In this document: positions 36,870-50,500 of the stretch, in pieces
Layout: each line of letters starts with the position of its first letter
Position numbering within the stretch: the stretch's first letter is position 1
From: Iphione sp. A-MEVVRFRX5
Lineage: Eukaryota
Assembly: GCA_976226885.1 (NCBI GenBank)
Contig: OZ320313.1
Location: forward strand, 68,696,001 to 68,760,000
Direction of reading: 5' to 3'
DNA length: 64,000 bases
Notes under the pieces: generated by a model
Databases searched by the model: none
Told to the model about the DNA's origin: nothing
Seen by the model: the letters and a program-made list of their open reading frames with translations, nothing else
Program-made: the position numbers and the translations under genes

Positions 36870-38060
36870 TCTCAAGTTACCCCAGGTATCTCAAGTTACC
36901 CCACTATGGGGTTACTTGAGACAGCTTTGGGGTTACTTGAGACATTGACTAATAAAAATGGTCTGCACCTTAAAGAGCTTATGAAATAACCTTCACAGGA
37001 GTGTTTTTTTGACTTCCATATTGTACTTGTGTATAGTATTTCAAAATTGGTAGCCATGGGAATGAAATATTCAAATACAGGCGACTCCGCCTAATGCGAC
37101 CACCTAAGGGACTGAGCTGAAGTGGTCGCATTAGGCAACTGGTTGCCTAAGGCATTGGGTCCCTCTCTCTGTCTCCCTCTCTCTCTCTATGTCCCTCTCT
37201 CTGTCAGACCCTAACACTGGCGGGAAAGAACCCTGTAGTCAGCCCGGATACCCTCAAAAAAGTGTGACAGGAGTTCCTCAAGGGTTGTTTTCGTACTGGG
37301 TCTTGGGTATGTGGGCCGGTTGTCACCCCGGCTACCCTCAAAGAACTGTGATAGGAGTCCCTCAAGGCTCGTTTTCATAGTGGTCCTTGGGTATCAGGAC
37401 CGGTGGTCGCCCTAGACACCTTAAAATCATAGTTTTGGTTCTTAAAATGGTGGTCTTAATGGGCGAATGGTCGCCCAAGCCAGTGGTCGCCCTGGGCGAA
37501 TTGTCTCATATAGCAAATGTACTGAAATTTGGTTGGTTCTTAGTAAAACTGGTCACACTGGCTGACTGGTCGCCCTAGGCAACTGGTTGCAGGGTGAGAG
37601 TCTCCTGTATACTGCTTATCTAATGCAACTTGAGAAAACGTCTCAAGTTACCCCAAATTTCTCAGTTTTTTCATGAAATATATCACAAAATGGTGGAAAA
37701 TACAATTAGGATAAATTAAATGATTGCATTTATTTAAAAACAAATGGTGTTTCTCACAAAATATAACTTCAAATAAAAAAGTACATATTTTTATTTGGTG
37801 TAGCCAAAGTTATACACAGTTATATTTTCATATGATCATTTTATTATACTTTTACTCCATTTTAACAAAAATGTTCCTAAGTAGTACCTAATAAATATCA
37901 TTCATCATACTCAAATGATTGGTATTAATAGCAGCTACATGTCGATAAGTATATGATTTTGCTATAATTTATCTTATAAGTTTAGGAGCACTTCTATAGT
38001 CAAAAACTAGGGAGTCGTCTCAAGTTACCCCAACGTCTCAAATAACCCCACTTTACGGTA
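36870..38060. mobile_element. pogo/Tc1-type MITE remnant (TCTCAAGTTACCCC sub-repeats; right end ..CCCCACTTTACGG-TA)
   Basis: Motif repeated in both orientations at 36870-36945, 37640 and 38015-38050. Confidence 0.6.
37078..37607. mobile_element. Tc1/mariner-superfamily MITE nested in the previous element
   Basis: TA-CAGG(C/A)GACTC...GAGTCTCCTG-TA, with GGTCGCC sub-terminal repeats. Confidence 0.75.
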
Positions 38061-38290
38061 CTGGTTTGTGAATATTTGCAGCTCTACCAAAATTATCTAA
38101 AACCGAAAACATTGCCTCGATCCATCTCTTCTGGTTCATGCACAACAACTGTTAAATCATTTGCATATTGTAAAAGGAAGAAACGTCCTGTATAAATAAG
38201 TGAACCAAAAATATCAGCCTGGTTACGTAGCAAATGTGATAAGACTTCCACTACTAGGTTGAGATAACAGGCACCCTTGATGTACTCCCC

Positions 38291-38576
38291 TTGCTAGGGG
38301 GCGCCACCTGGGTTTAGTCTTACCCTACAGATGGCGCCATTATATTTTTAAGATTTTCTTCCGTAGACTAAAATAGACATTTATTCTTTATGCTAATTAT
38401 ATCAGAGAAGAACGATAACCACGAACCGTTTACTACTTAGGAACTGATTGCCGGAATGAAAGGCGATATTTTTCGTGACCTGTTGATACGCGCATGCGCA
38501 GTATGATCGTTAGCGCCAAAAATGAAATCCAGTCGAGCCAAGTGAAGGACAAAAACAGTACATTTAAGAGAGAAAA
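38291..38576 (+). promoter_or_regulatory. Probable TONSL promoter: NRF1-type palindrome plus CTCF/YY1-like motifs
   Basis: GCGCATGCGC at 38490-38499; TTGCTAGGGGGCGC at 38291-38304; CCTACAGATGGCGC(CAT) at 38324-38340. All lie just upstream of the inferred ATG at 38577. Confidence 0.5.
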
Positions 38577-41500
38577 ATGGATGAAATTGACAGTAAGTGC
38601 TCAGATGCATATACAGAAAGCCACTTAATGGCTCAGTGGGTTTTATCATAGAGTTTTGTCCCAGAATCTAGGAAATAACAAATTTGAGCAGGTGACGGTC
38701 CTGAGGTCTGAATGTAAATAATCAACGATCTGTCAAACTCTTGACTAATATAACACGCACGTTACGCATACATATATATCTCTTGACAAATTCTTTAAGA
38801 GGGAGTCTCGATCCTAGTTTACCGGTCCCAGTGTGGTGGAGTCTAGATCGCCAATTTATTGAATAATTAAAAAGACTATTGAAACCATCGGCTAGCCATG
38901 ACAATCCAAACTTAAAAACAGGGCTGGGCACCCAAATATAACTTGTCGCATTTTTTAACATCTGTGTGGCAAAAGCAATTTAATTTTTCCAAAGTTTGAG
39001 GATCTTATTCTGGAACATCAGTGTGGAGCAAAAGGAAGTTGTCGCATTTTTTAATGTCTTTGTCGCATATTTTTTGCGACATAGCGACAATTACCCAGCC
39101 CTGAAAAAGCCCCCAAAGTGTTACCTCAGGGAATATAGGTTGAGTTGCGCAGGAAACAAGTCGCGCGGCCAGGGGTAGTGGCGGCAGTGGGAGAATGCCG
39201 GGAAAGTGTTGTCTTGCGGCCGGCCACCAAGTTGAATGTTAGGGCTAAACTCCATTTCAGTGACCCCTAATATACCAGATTTGTTTTTATTAGGGAGAGA
39301 ACAGGGGGGCATGATAGGGAGGGAGCAGGTGGGCTTCACAAAGAATTTATTTCTTGATCTCTCATCAACAGAAAATTCTTAATAACGTTTCACCTTGATT
39401 TGGGAGAGCAAATAATGTTACACCAAAAATTCAAAGAAACCATGACGCTTCACCAAAATAAGTGACTCTCCGTGTGAGAGAGGGGCGGCCGAGTTGATTG
39501 GGGGCCGAGTGTGTCGGCGGCCCAGTTATCCTGTCATCAAAGTGCATCATCACCACCACCACCCCCGGCTGCACGACTTATGCCCGTGCGACCTGAGGGC
39601 CGCGCAACTTGAGGCCCGCGTGACTTGAGGCCCGCACAACTTATCCAGGCTCCATCTCAGGAGACCCAAGATGCTTGGTTTGTTCCGTAAATCACTCAGT
39701 TGAGGCAAGGGCGGTTTAAATTAGATCAAATAATTTAAATGAGATCAGTGATCATTTAGGCCCCCTTTCGATGTGTACAGAATTTTTTCTGTACATGGGA
39801 GAGTCCAGAAAATTCAACACCTTCTAGGGCCTTCCAGAACTAGAACTAGGGCATGGATAGGTGATTTCCATGTGTACAAGCATCTTTGACGGTTGCATCA
39901 TTCTCCCCCCCCCCCCACCTCCCACACCACTCTGCACCATGGAGGTAGTCGGGTCTGAGTCCAAACGTCAACTGGTCTAAACATCAACACTTGAGTCCAA
40001 AGGTCAACACCTACTGGTCCAAACGTCAAGAGTACAGTACCTAATGGTCTACCAAGCAATAAAGGGGGGGGGGTTTGGTGGGAACCCCCTAAATTTTAGT
40101 GATATAAATTAAAAAATTAGGGTTATTGTAGGCATTTGTATAAAAAAAAAGGGTTAGGGTTAGGGTTAGTACTATTTTCAAGTCTGATAACTACGTCACC
40201 AATACAGAAATCCAAGATGGCGTTGAAATATGGGTAAAGTGCACTAGCCCCAGGAGTTGACATTTGGACCAGTAATCATTGATGTTTGGACTTAATTGTT
40301 GATGTTTGGACCAGTTGACATTTAAACTAGATCACGTTTGGACTGGAACCCGAGGTAGTGGCCACACAGCTGAGCTTAATTAGGTCGTTGAACCCTGAGT
40401 TCTGCTTGACTGGGTACACAGAGGTGTAGGAATACAACTGAAAAAGTAGGGCAATTTCTTTTGTGTCCTTTCTTTAGTCTTCTCTTTTGTGACAGAAAAT
40501 ATATGTAGTTTTCTGTGGATATAAAAACTGTTCAAATTTACATAGGAAAGAATGCAAATTATGCTACTTGAGAAAAGTCTCAAATTGATGAGAGTTCCTC
40601 CCCATGGCCAGACTACTTTCAGGCAACGTTTTATATAGGTAGTGTAACCAGTAAGGAAGGGCATCATATCCCTGACAAAAGCCCGCCAGCACCCCTAAAA
40701 GAGCAGGGAAAGCATAGGGAAGGGTTACCTTCACAGGGCAACCCAGCACTGCCAAATCGGCGAAGTGCTCCTCCCCCATGACTCCCGGCCTCCGGCCAGT
40801 GAGACGAGGGGAATAAATCATACTACTACAGTGCAGTCTCTATTTCCAACCACTGGTCGGGTCTGAGATCAAATGGTCGTAATAGTAAGTTTGGTTGGAA
40901 ATCGATTGAGTAGGGGGTCTAGGCATGTAAAAGTCAAAAAAGTGCTGAATTTGATGAGTAAGAGTCCAAAAGTGCTGAATTTGATGAGTAAGAGTAAAAA
41001 AAAAGTGCTCTTCGACCAGCCTCTCCAGGGTGTGAGGTACATCAGAGATGTCGCCTTTGACAGCCCCGGTGGGTTTAGACTACAAATTGACAGGTTTAGA
41101 CTACAAATTGGCAGGTTTAGGCCACAAATAGGTGGGTTTAGCCTGATTTCAAGGTGTGAGGTACATCAGAGAGGTTGCTGTTGACGCTCCCACCCTCTCC
41201 CAACCAGCTCCACCAGGGTGTGAGGGACATCAGATAGGTTGCAGTTGATACCACTGGTCTCTCCCAGCGGCCCCATCAGGGTGTGAGTGACATAAGAGTG
41301 GATACCTCTGGTCGTAAATTGATTGTAAAATACACAGACACTGACCCTTCAATGTGTGGTCGGACCCTGAAATTGGTCAGGCATAAGAGTGGATAGCTTT
41401 GGTTGTAAATTGATTTGTAAAATATACAGACAATGACCCTTACATGTGTGGTCGGACCCTGAAGTTGGCCGGAAATCGATTTGGTCAGTAATTGATATTC

Positions 41501-44500
41501 AGTCATAGAGGTTATGTATGGAGAGAGTTTCGGTTCCGCTCTCAAATGGTTGGAATAGCCAATTTGGTCGGTAATCGATGTAGTCAGTAATAGAGACTCC
41601 ACTGTACTAGTCAGGAAGGGTGGAGGAAGGGCAGGGGGAAGGTTGGCGTGACAGCTGAGTACAGGCAGGGGACAGGTCGGGGTAGGCAAGGTGATGGCTG
41701 AGTGTACAGGCAGGTGTATGGATGGTGTGTGTGTGTGTTTTTTGTGCTGATCTCAAGGAATTCTGTCCAATTCTGTGTAAATTTTTTTTGTGCTGATTTT
41801 GAGGAATTCAGTTCAAATATGTGTGAGTTTTTTGCACTGATCATGAGGTATTCTGTCCAGTGTGAAAATTGTAACTTTTGTGTGCTGATCTGCAGGAATT
41901 GATTGAAGATTGAAGATGTTTTATTCGGAATCTCTGTTTACAATGCCAAAGGTCTTCGTCCGAACATGCGGACACCAAATACCCTGTCGAATATGTACAA
42001 AAGTAACACGTTTAGGCATTCAACATGTAGCTAGTCATTACAGCAGAGGGCTATGAGTGCAATGTCACAGATATAAGTAACCAATGAGAACAATAAACGC
42101 ATGATATAATGCAAGTGCTTCTTTTTGCTCACAGATGAAATAGGGAAAGGAGATATAATTGCAAGTGGTTCGCACTTGAACCAGGTTTTTTAGTACTGCA
42201 GATGTGCTACTTCCATAAACTCCGGTTTCAAGTTGGATTTTGACTCTGCTAAGGCTTCAGGCCCGCTGGATTCACCCAAACAACCAGTGGCAGGTCCCTC
42301 TCAACAAGATCAGGATGAAACCTTGTCTCAGTTTTTTTATCATTTAGTGACAGATGGTGATGATTCGGAGGTAGATGACTTCTTCCAGGAATTGGAAAAG
42401 GAAGTCTCGGCTGATGAGAAAATAAGTAAGAACATTGGCGCGGATATCACAGCCTTCATTAACAAAAGGCAGCTCAAACCTTGGTCGTTTGAGGATATTG
42501 AGAAAAGAGGAAATAGTGTCTTAAATCCTGACTCAAAGCAGAATATCACCGCCTGACTGCCGAGGACAATCCTCCTTCAGCCAAATTCTTATTTGGAGAC
42601 AACTTAGAGGCCACTCTGAAGAACTTGACACTGTCAGCATGCTCATCTCAAAAGTTGACAAGAACAAGCAGCAGAAGACTCCAAAGACCATACGCCAACA
42701 AGGCGGCTATTGCTACAGAGGAATAGGCTGTTTTTAGTCATACAGGGCAAACTTCCAGTACCAAGAGAACTGTATGCAGTACACTCACCAACCAATACAG
42801 CCACCACAGGCCCAGAAACAAAGACAGGATTTTCAGGTGAGGACCTCTAAAAAGTAAGTGGGGGGGAAGGTCCTCCCAAAGGTTCTCAGCAGGCAATTTG
42901 AAGAATTTTGTTGACGAGTGGAAGAGGCTAACTACAGATAAGGACATTCTGAGTGTTGTTCAAGTTAGAGTTTGTTTCTCCGCCTCCTCCAAGACCTTAC
43001 ATTAAACTGTTACAGTTGTCTGCTGCTGAAACCCTTGCCATGGACATACAAGTCAGAACTTATCGTTCAAAGGTGTCATTGTGGAAGATTATTCTCCTTC
43101 AGCCTTTCAAGCCAGGATCTTTCCTAGACCTAAGCCGGGCAGCTCTACTCGAGTCATTCTTGATTTGTCTGAGTGAATAAGTTTTTACCATATGAACACT
43201 TTAAAATGGACACATTTGATTATGTTGTTGGTGCATTGTACTCTCAGTGTTGGATGGCCAGTATTGACCTCAAGAACGCATATCATGTTGTACCTGTTCA
43301 TGAGGCTTGGCAAAAATTTTTGGCCTTTTCTGGAACAAGATTTTCTGCAGATACACAATCATGCCGTTGGGCCTCACATCGGCCCAAGACTCTTCACTGA
43401 AATTCTAAAACCGATTTTAGCTCAACTTCATGCGGCAGGTCATGATGCTATTGCCTACTTGGATGACTTGCTGATTCTAGGGCCATCCATCACTGGTTGT
43501 GTGGATTTGGTGACAGCAAGAGCTTGCCCGTTTCAGGACCTGGGGTTCTTTATCAATGGGGCCAAATCGCACCCTATACCAACTCAGAAATTGAAGTTCC
43601 TGGGATATTACTTGGAGGGTGTCCTCCCAAGGGTTCTCAGCAAGTCAAAGATCGATCAAGTGAAAGGAATGATCACGGAGCTCCTCTCCAAGCACTTGGT
43701 TCCCATCAGGCACACTGGTAGATATATTGAAGGCCAGCCAATATGGTCTCAGCCATTATAAATTCTTAGAAAAGGATAAAATTGGGTGTTAGTCAGGCAG
43801 GCAGGACAATTTGAAGGTCACATGCAAATTTCACTGCATAGCAGAAAGGACCTAGCATGGTGATTGCAGGCAGTTGATCACATCTATAGACCTATCCGGA
43901 TCCATGCACCCACAGAAACAATGGTCACGGATGCTTCAGGACGCGGTTGGGGCGTTGTGTTAGGAGCAACTTCTACAGAAGGACGGTGGCTTCCCAAGGG
44001 ATAGTTATGGTACATCAATGCCCTGGAGATTAACACTGTTTGGCTGGGGCTCAAAGCATTCTTCAGACACAGGTACAACTTTTAGTTACTGGTACGCACA
44101 GATAACACCACCGCGGTGGCTTACATCAATAAACAGGGAGGGACCAGGTCCACTCTTTGTAATAATCTGGGGTGCAAAATTTGGACGTGTCTTGAGGACA
44201 GGAGAGCTTGGGTTGTAGCCTCGTACATACCAGGCAAGCAGAATGTTGAAGCGGACTTCTTTTCATGTCATTTCAGTGAAGATGTGGAATGGAAGCTCAA
44301 TACAGAGCTGTTCCAGTATCTTGCAAAAGAGTGGGGACAACCAGACATAGAATGTTGGCTTCAAGAGCCGCAGCCCAATGGACAGATAACTGAACATGGA
44401 GGTGACGGGTAGCGCGGACGTAATTTTTATGAATTATGTCATGATGTGAATCGACCAATCAGATCGCTTAGAATTGCGACAATGTCACAATTACGTAAAA

Positions 44501-47500
44501 ATTACGACCACGCTACCCGTTACTTCAACTGCTGGTGATAGGCTCATTCAAGCCTTATATCAGCTGGAGACCAGATCCAGGTGCGTTGTTGGTGGACGCC
44601 TTTACAGTCAATTGGAGAACATTTCAATTTATTTACGTGTTTCCACCTTTCCCATTTATTTCCAGAGTCCTCCAGAAGTGGCGGCATGAAAAGACAATGA
44701 TGGTTCTCAACGTGCCGGCTTTGAAGACACATGCGTGGTATGGTCGGATCTGCCAGTATCAAACAAAGGACATGATCACATTCCCAGCCCAAAATAACAA
44801 TCTAATAAATGTGTTCAACAGCCCAGATTGTCGAGACATAAGCTCCATCTCACTCCTGGCCGTTCTCTTCTAAACATCAAAGTGGAAAGGTCTCTCACCA
44901 AGACAACATTGAGAAAGTACATGTAGAACTCTTGGAGACCATGCACTCCAGAACAAATCTATTCCTACCTGAATCGCTAGCCCACGTTTTGCGTCCTTAG
45001 AAACATTGATCCGTTGAAGCCTTCATTACAAGAAGCCCTTATGTTTCTCCATTCTTTGTTCTAGGCAGGGTTAGGTTACAGTGCAATCAACACTACCCAT
45101 AGCACCTTATCTGTTGTTATAAGATCTTTTGAAGGGGTCCCCTTTGGACAACACAAACTCACCACTAGAGTGTTAGGGAGTATTCACTAGAGTGTTAGGG
45201 AGTTCAATCTTAGACCCCGACAGGCTAGACTCAAATACACATGGGATGTGGAGATGGTACTCAATTTCCTCAAACAGTGGTTCCCTCTCCATTCGCTATC
45301 TCTTGAACAAATTTCTCTCAAGACTTCCACTCTCATTCTTCTTGCGTCCTGTGGTAAGATATAAATGGTGCATAACATTGAAGTATCAAATATCCATGAG
45401 GCGGGACAGGGCAGGGTCCAGATAAACTTTGCGTCACCCTTGAAACACAATCGCCAGGGTAAGCAACCAAATAGGATCATTCTCACCGGGTTCCCTCAAG
45501 AACCTGCCTTTGTGTTGTCACCCATTTGCAGGCTTACAGAGCAAGAACTGAAGATATCTGGGGGGACCAGGACAGACTTTTTATTAGTTATTTACCACCG
45601 TCGATAAGTCGATAACCACAGGGTCCCTTAGCAGATGGATCAAGGAAGTCATGACCAGGGCAGGCCTAGACACTCAGACTTTTAGAGCACACAGCACCAG
45701 ATCTGCTGTGGCATCCAAACTACACGCAGTGGGGATTCCGCTTTCTGACATCCTCAAAGGTGGCATGTGGAGCCATGAGAATATGTTCAAGGAATTTTAT
45801 CTCCAGCACATCATTTTTGTACGGGTCGTTTAATACGGTTACCTTACATGGTTGATTTTTTTCTCTCAGATGGAAGGTTGTCAACCATGTTACAGTATGT
45901 TGCTACTACTGCGTATTGACCGTGCTGTCCTCAAACCTGTTACCCTAAACATCTGTATATGGACTCCACCTTGCGGAGTAATGCTGACTCAAACTTGTTC
46001 AGTTACCTGAAACTTGTTGATGAGGGACTTCAAGTTTGAGGAAGTATTGTAGAGATGTACGGGTAGTGACACCTGCGGTACCGCAGCGAGATTACATGAC
46101 AGTGTACTCTGTGAACCCTGAAGTGACTAGCGGCTACGGCCCCGTAGGCATTTTACAGTGTAATGTACTTAGTGAACCTTGGGGATAGGGACGGCTACGG
46201 TACCGTAGGCGAAATTAGTGTTAAAGGTGACCTTGGACCCTGGATTCCCAGGCACCTGCTACATTGTAATTACTTGCTAGATTCTGATTGGTAAAGAACA
46301 ACTACACTTGTGATGTTGTATCCATTTTATTCCATGACGAGATACACTGTTACTATCACTGTTGGTCACATGACATGCTGGTTTAGTATAAATAAGGGCC
46401 CTGTGAGGCCAATAAAACAGTCTGCACTTGGATCTCTTGAGTGGAACTTGTTACTTTGGGAATGCTAAGCTGAACAAACCCACTTGGACTTACCACTAAG
46501 GGTGGATGCTAAGAGGGAACTACACTGGAATACTAGCAGGATAGTCAAGGCAGTACAGCAGTACACAATAGTTGGATTACTCCAAGTGGGAAAGCAAACA
46601 CGCAAATTACAGTATTACAAAGCAAGGTGGCAGTCCAGGCCCACCACCTTGGGTCTGGACTGGTGGCTTGGTCGGCCAGAGCTTTGGTTACTGAGTTGGT
46701 TATATAAACATTAATAACCCTACCCTGTCTTTCAGAGGAAGACCTGGACTGCCACTTAATGAGGTGCTCTCCAAAATCTTGTTTGTTCAGGTTTGAGTAC
46801 AGCCCGATTACTACCTCAAGGCTGATGTGACCAACTACAGATGGCGCTGCATCTCTACGTGGACTGCCACCTTGCTTCGTAATACTTCCTCAAATTTGAA
46901 GAAAATATCTCATATCATCTAATATGTTAGATTATTTTTTTCAGTTCTGGACTAAGAATGATGACCTCTTTTATACTTTTAGTGTGTCAGAAGTCTGTAA
47001 AATGTGTAAATTATTGGCCCAGGGCCCTTTCAGGCCTCCAAATGGCTCTGGACACAAAGCACACATGCAAGGAAAGGTCCTGTTGGCAGTGTTGTTAGTC
47101 ATGTTATATCGTTTTTTTCCACATGATGTCATCCGTGGTATGGGAAACAAATCTGTATGCATGGAAAGCAGTGAACAGTCATCTCATACCTCATCCAGTA
47201 CTTAAAGCGATTGAAATATGTATACAGTGTTCATTGGGTACCATTTATGCCTGTAAATGGCTACATTCATCACCCCAACCAAATGAAATGAAAACATGTG
47301 AAATGCATCCAAATACACAGGGGAACCCATCTGAAATGGGATTTACCCAGTATTGCAACATCACTGATAATACTGTGAGGCATATCAAATGCACATGTAT
47401 TTCGATATTAGCATATAAATAGAAAACTGGAAGACGCTATTTACTGATGCAGATGGTGCTACAGAAAGATCAACTTTTTTTCTGTTCTGGAAGATTCCAG

Positions 47501-50500
47501 GGTAGGTTCACGTCTATTGTATTTTAGTATTATCAGACAGGTAAGTGTTATGTGTTGTCAAATATTCTCGAGAGTGGACTATACATGTACTCTCCTCAAC
47601 CTTTTTGTTCTCACTTTTGTTTGGAGATTTGCTTCTGCTCCCCTTTGTGCCTGATGTCTGCTGAGTCATTCTGAAACCATGCCACCGCCGCCTGATCCCT
47701 TGCACCCTTGATGAGGCTTTCTTCTAGGCCCCTGTCTCGGAAGTCACATGCCAACTAGCCGAGTTATAGGTTTATTAACATCCCCCCCCGTATTCATGTC
47801 CACTCATAGTGCTGTTAAAGTGAGTGGTGGCATGACCTCCACTATTGGAGCCACTAAAGTTGTAGTTAGTAGTATGTAGTAACTACATATAGGATGTCCG
47901 TACATCAGCCAGAGAGAGTCATCCGATGTAAAACCTGAGTTGTAGTGAGTTTGGGCAGTGAAAAACTATATGAAAGGGGGACAGAGATAGGGAGAGAGAC
48001 AGAGTGACCTCCACATACATGTACTGCAGTATTCTTTTTCACTACAACTTGAAGTGAGACATGGGAGTGGCGATGTAGTACAAGATATGCCTCTGTTTGT
48101 CACAGTTAGCCAGTTGCAAGGACATTTTATTCCCAGAATAGGTCATCCACATGAAGAGAGGAGTTTTCATCCTTTAGAAAATATTACTCGTGAAATTCAA
48201 AAGAATTCACATGAGTGAACATTTTTTTTTTGTGAATTGTGGAAACCTGTAAATGCACATAGTTAATTATTCGCGAGGATAAACTTGTCCCTGCAGCCAG
48301 CTACTCAATTAGCGGCAACATTTAAATTTTGTAATATAACCTTTGTACCAGGAATAGACACAAGCAGTAGGAAGTTTGTAATAGAGGTCCCTCGTTACAA
48401 CCGGCTTTGACCGTAAATCTTCTGGCATGTTGTGTCTGACATAACGATTGTTTGATTGTGATTATTATCATTACTCATAGAGTACCGAAAAGAGAAGAGG
48501 AAAGCAGAAAGGAAAGGAAACCTGAAAGAAGCGTCACAGTTTTGTAATTTTCTTGGTGAACTTCTTGCAAAACAAGGTAAGGCAACCTCAATCTGTTTAT
48601 GGCTTTAGTACCAGAGGTGGACACTACCTGAGATATAGTCCAGGTGACAGAACTGCAAACCCACAGGCTCTTTTCGTACAGTTGTCGCTGCAGTTAGATA
48701 TACCCATGGGAGCTCTGCTTTTTCATTGACTGTCTGAACCAACAGGACACAAAGATGCTTGAGAGGAGGCTAAAGACAGATTATGGAATGGCCAAAGCAT
48801 CAAAACAATCCAGCTGTCATATCAAGATTGAATGCTCTAAGCCCTGCAAATTGGTATCCAGTTGACTTGATGACCTCGACATCAAATGCAAATGGCTTGG
48901 CGCCATCTTGAAGCCCTGCATTGATCTGTTCAATTGGTTCAGGAGCACCAGGGTAATTGAGCTCAGTTGTAATTATTGAGCTGCCTGGCAGTGCTAGAAA
49001 CAATTGGCCTAGCGCAACCAAGGCAATTGGGCTCTGCATCCTTAATCTCCCTTGGCCTGAGCCATTTGATCTTTTTGGTTGCTTCAAAAACGATACACCT
49101 CCACGAGGTCAACTTTTACATTTTCGTGCCTCTCTGCTGACACCAGCAGAGCTTTTCTCTTTTGAGTCGACAACACAGCAGGTTCCGGGGCAATTTGCTC
49201 TGAAATACTCTTCTACTTCATGAATGAAGATGCTTGACTACCAGAAATTGTCTCTGAGGTAGCATACATCTTTTTTCTGATTGACAATCTGGTAGAGTTG
49301 CTGGTGATTTCATCTCTGTTGGCACCTCTCACAATTTTCCAACAAGTCTATGATACTTGAAAAAGAGAAAAAAAGCATACTATATCTGTGCAGAACCTAA
49401 GATCTAATAATTGATAAAGTCTTCATAGAATCCATCTTGAAAACTGAACAAAAATTGATGAAAAATATGAAAAAGCAAAGCATCTAAGCTATGTCTAACC
49501 GCAGCGACAACTGTATTAAAAGTGCCCATGGGTGTTGCAGTGGATGCCACCTGGATTATTTTTCAGACATCTGTGTCCACCTTTGGTACGATGTCAATGC
49601 CACATTTCATTGGTAAGTTGATGTAAACTACTGATTTAAATTCAGTCAATAAGGATAACGTGAAGTGATAGGCCACTAAGCTATCTGGGATGTTGGGAGA
49701 ATATGAAGCTGGTTTGTCAATTTTATGACAAATGCAGTCTGATCCATTAAAAAATAAAGTACACATACTGACAAATGTGAAGCAATGTTAAGTTAAATCA
49801 TTCAGTTATGTCCCTCTATCAGTCTTGAATTGAATCTGTCGAGCTTTGTGTTTCATCAGTTTCATTTGTTTGGGAATGTATTGTCATCGCAAAGTTTGAC
49901 AGAAACTGAACCATGACATATTCCATCTTGCTACTGGAAAAGGTCGATATGAAGAAGCCATTGAAGAACACCAACAAGAGCTGCTCCTTTGTGAGGCACT
50001 GCAAGATATGATCGGCGTCGCTGTTGCAAATAGAAAGATCGGGGAGTGCTACAGTGAAAAGGGTCATTTCACCAAAGCCCTGGAACACCAGAGAAGACAT
50101 CTGCAGATTGCTCAGTCAGAAGGGGATGATGTAGAGACCCAGAGAGCCTTTGCCACCATCGGAAGAACCTATCTTTTTAAAGTAAGGATTTTGGGTTTTC
50201 AAGTTCCTTGTGGGACATTCTTTCCTTAGAAGCAGTGTGTATGACCTGCTTTTCATGTCGGAGGCACCAAGAGTTTGTCAGGATCAGAGGATACCGTGCT
50301 TATGTTTACATTTTGCAGAGCCGTGATTTTCAGTTAAGGGTTTGGCATAGTGCGTCTGTTCACTGTCATTGACAAGTAAAGCTCCTTACGTTGGAGATAA
50401 CCTTCACATCAAAATCTTGCAGTGATCTACAGTGATTTGCTCTCTGTCTATATGCAATGAAATCTGAAGAAAATACCACAGAACTTGCATAAGCAAAGGT

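Larger units (their letters stand above)
42233..46895 (+). mobile_element. DIRS1-like tyrosine-recombinase retrotransposon (gag-RT-RNase H-MT-YR), decayed
   Basis: RT: NKFLPYEHFKMDT, MASIDLKNAYHVVPV, AYLDDLLI. RH: TDASGRGWG, INALE, TDNTTAVAYINKQGG, YIPGKQNVEADFFS. Methyltransferase-like: DAFTVNW..YVFPPF. YR: TWDVEMVL, FRAHSTRSA, W..ENMFKEFY. Inverted complementary segments at 45975-46047(+46612-46640) and 46785-46895. Confidence 0.92.

Noticed and set aside
48780-49390. Coding-looking segment in TONSL intron 2
   Set aside because: All six frames are interrupted and I could not recognise any family motif. A frameshift-aware search is needed.
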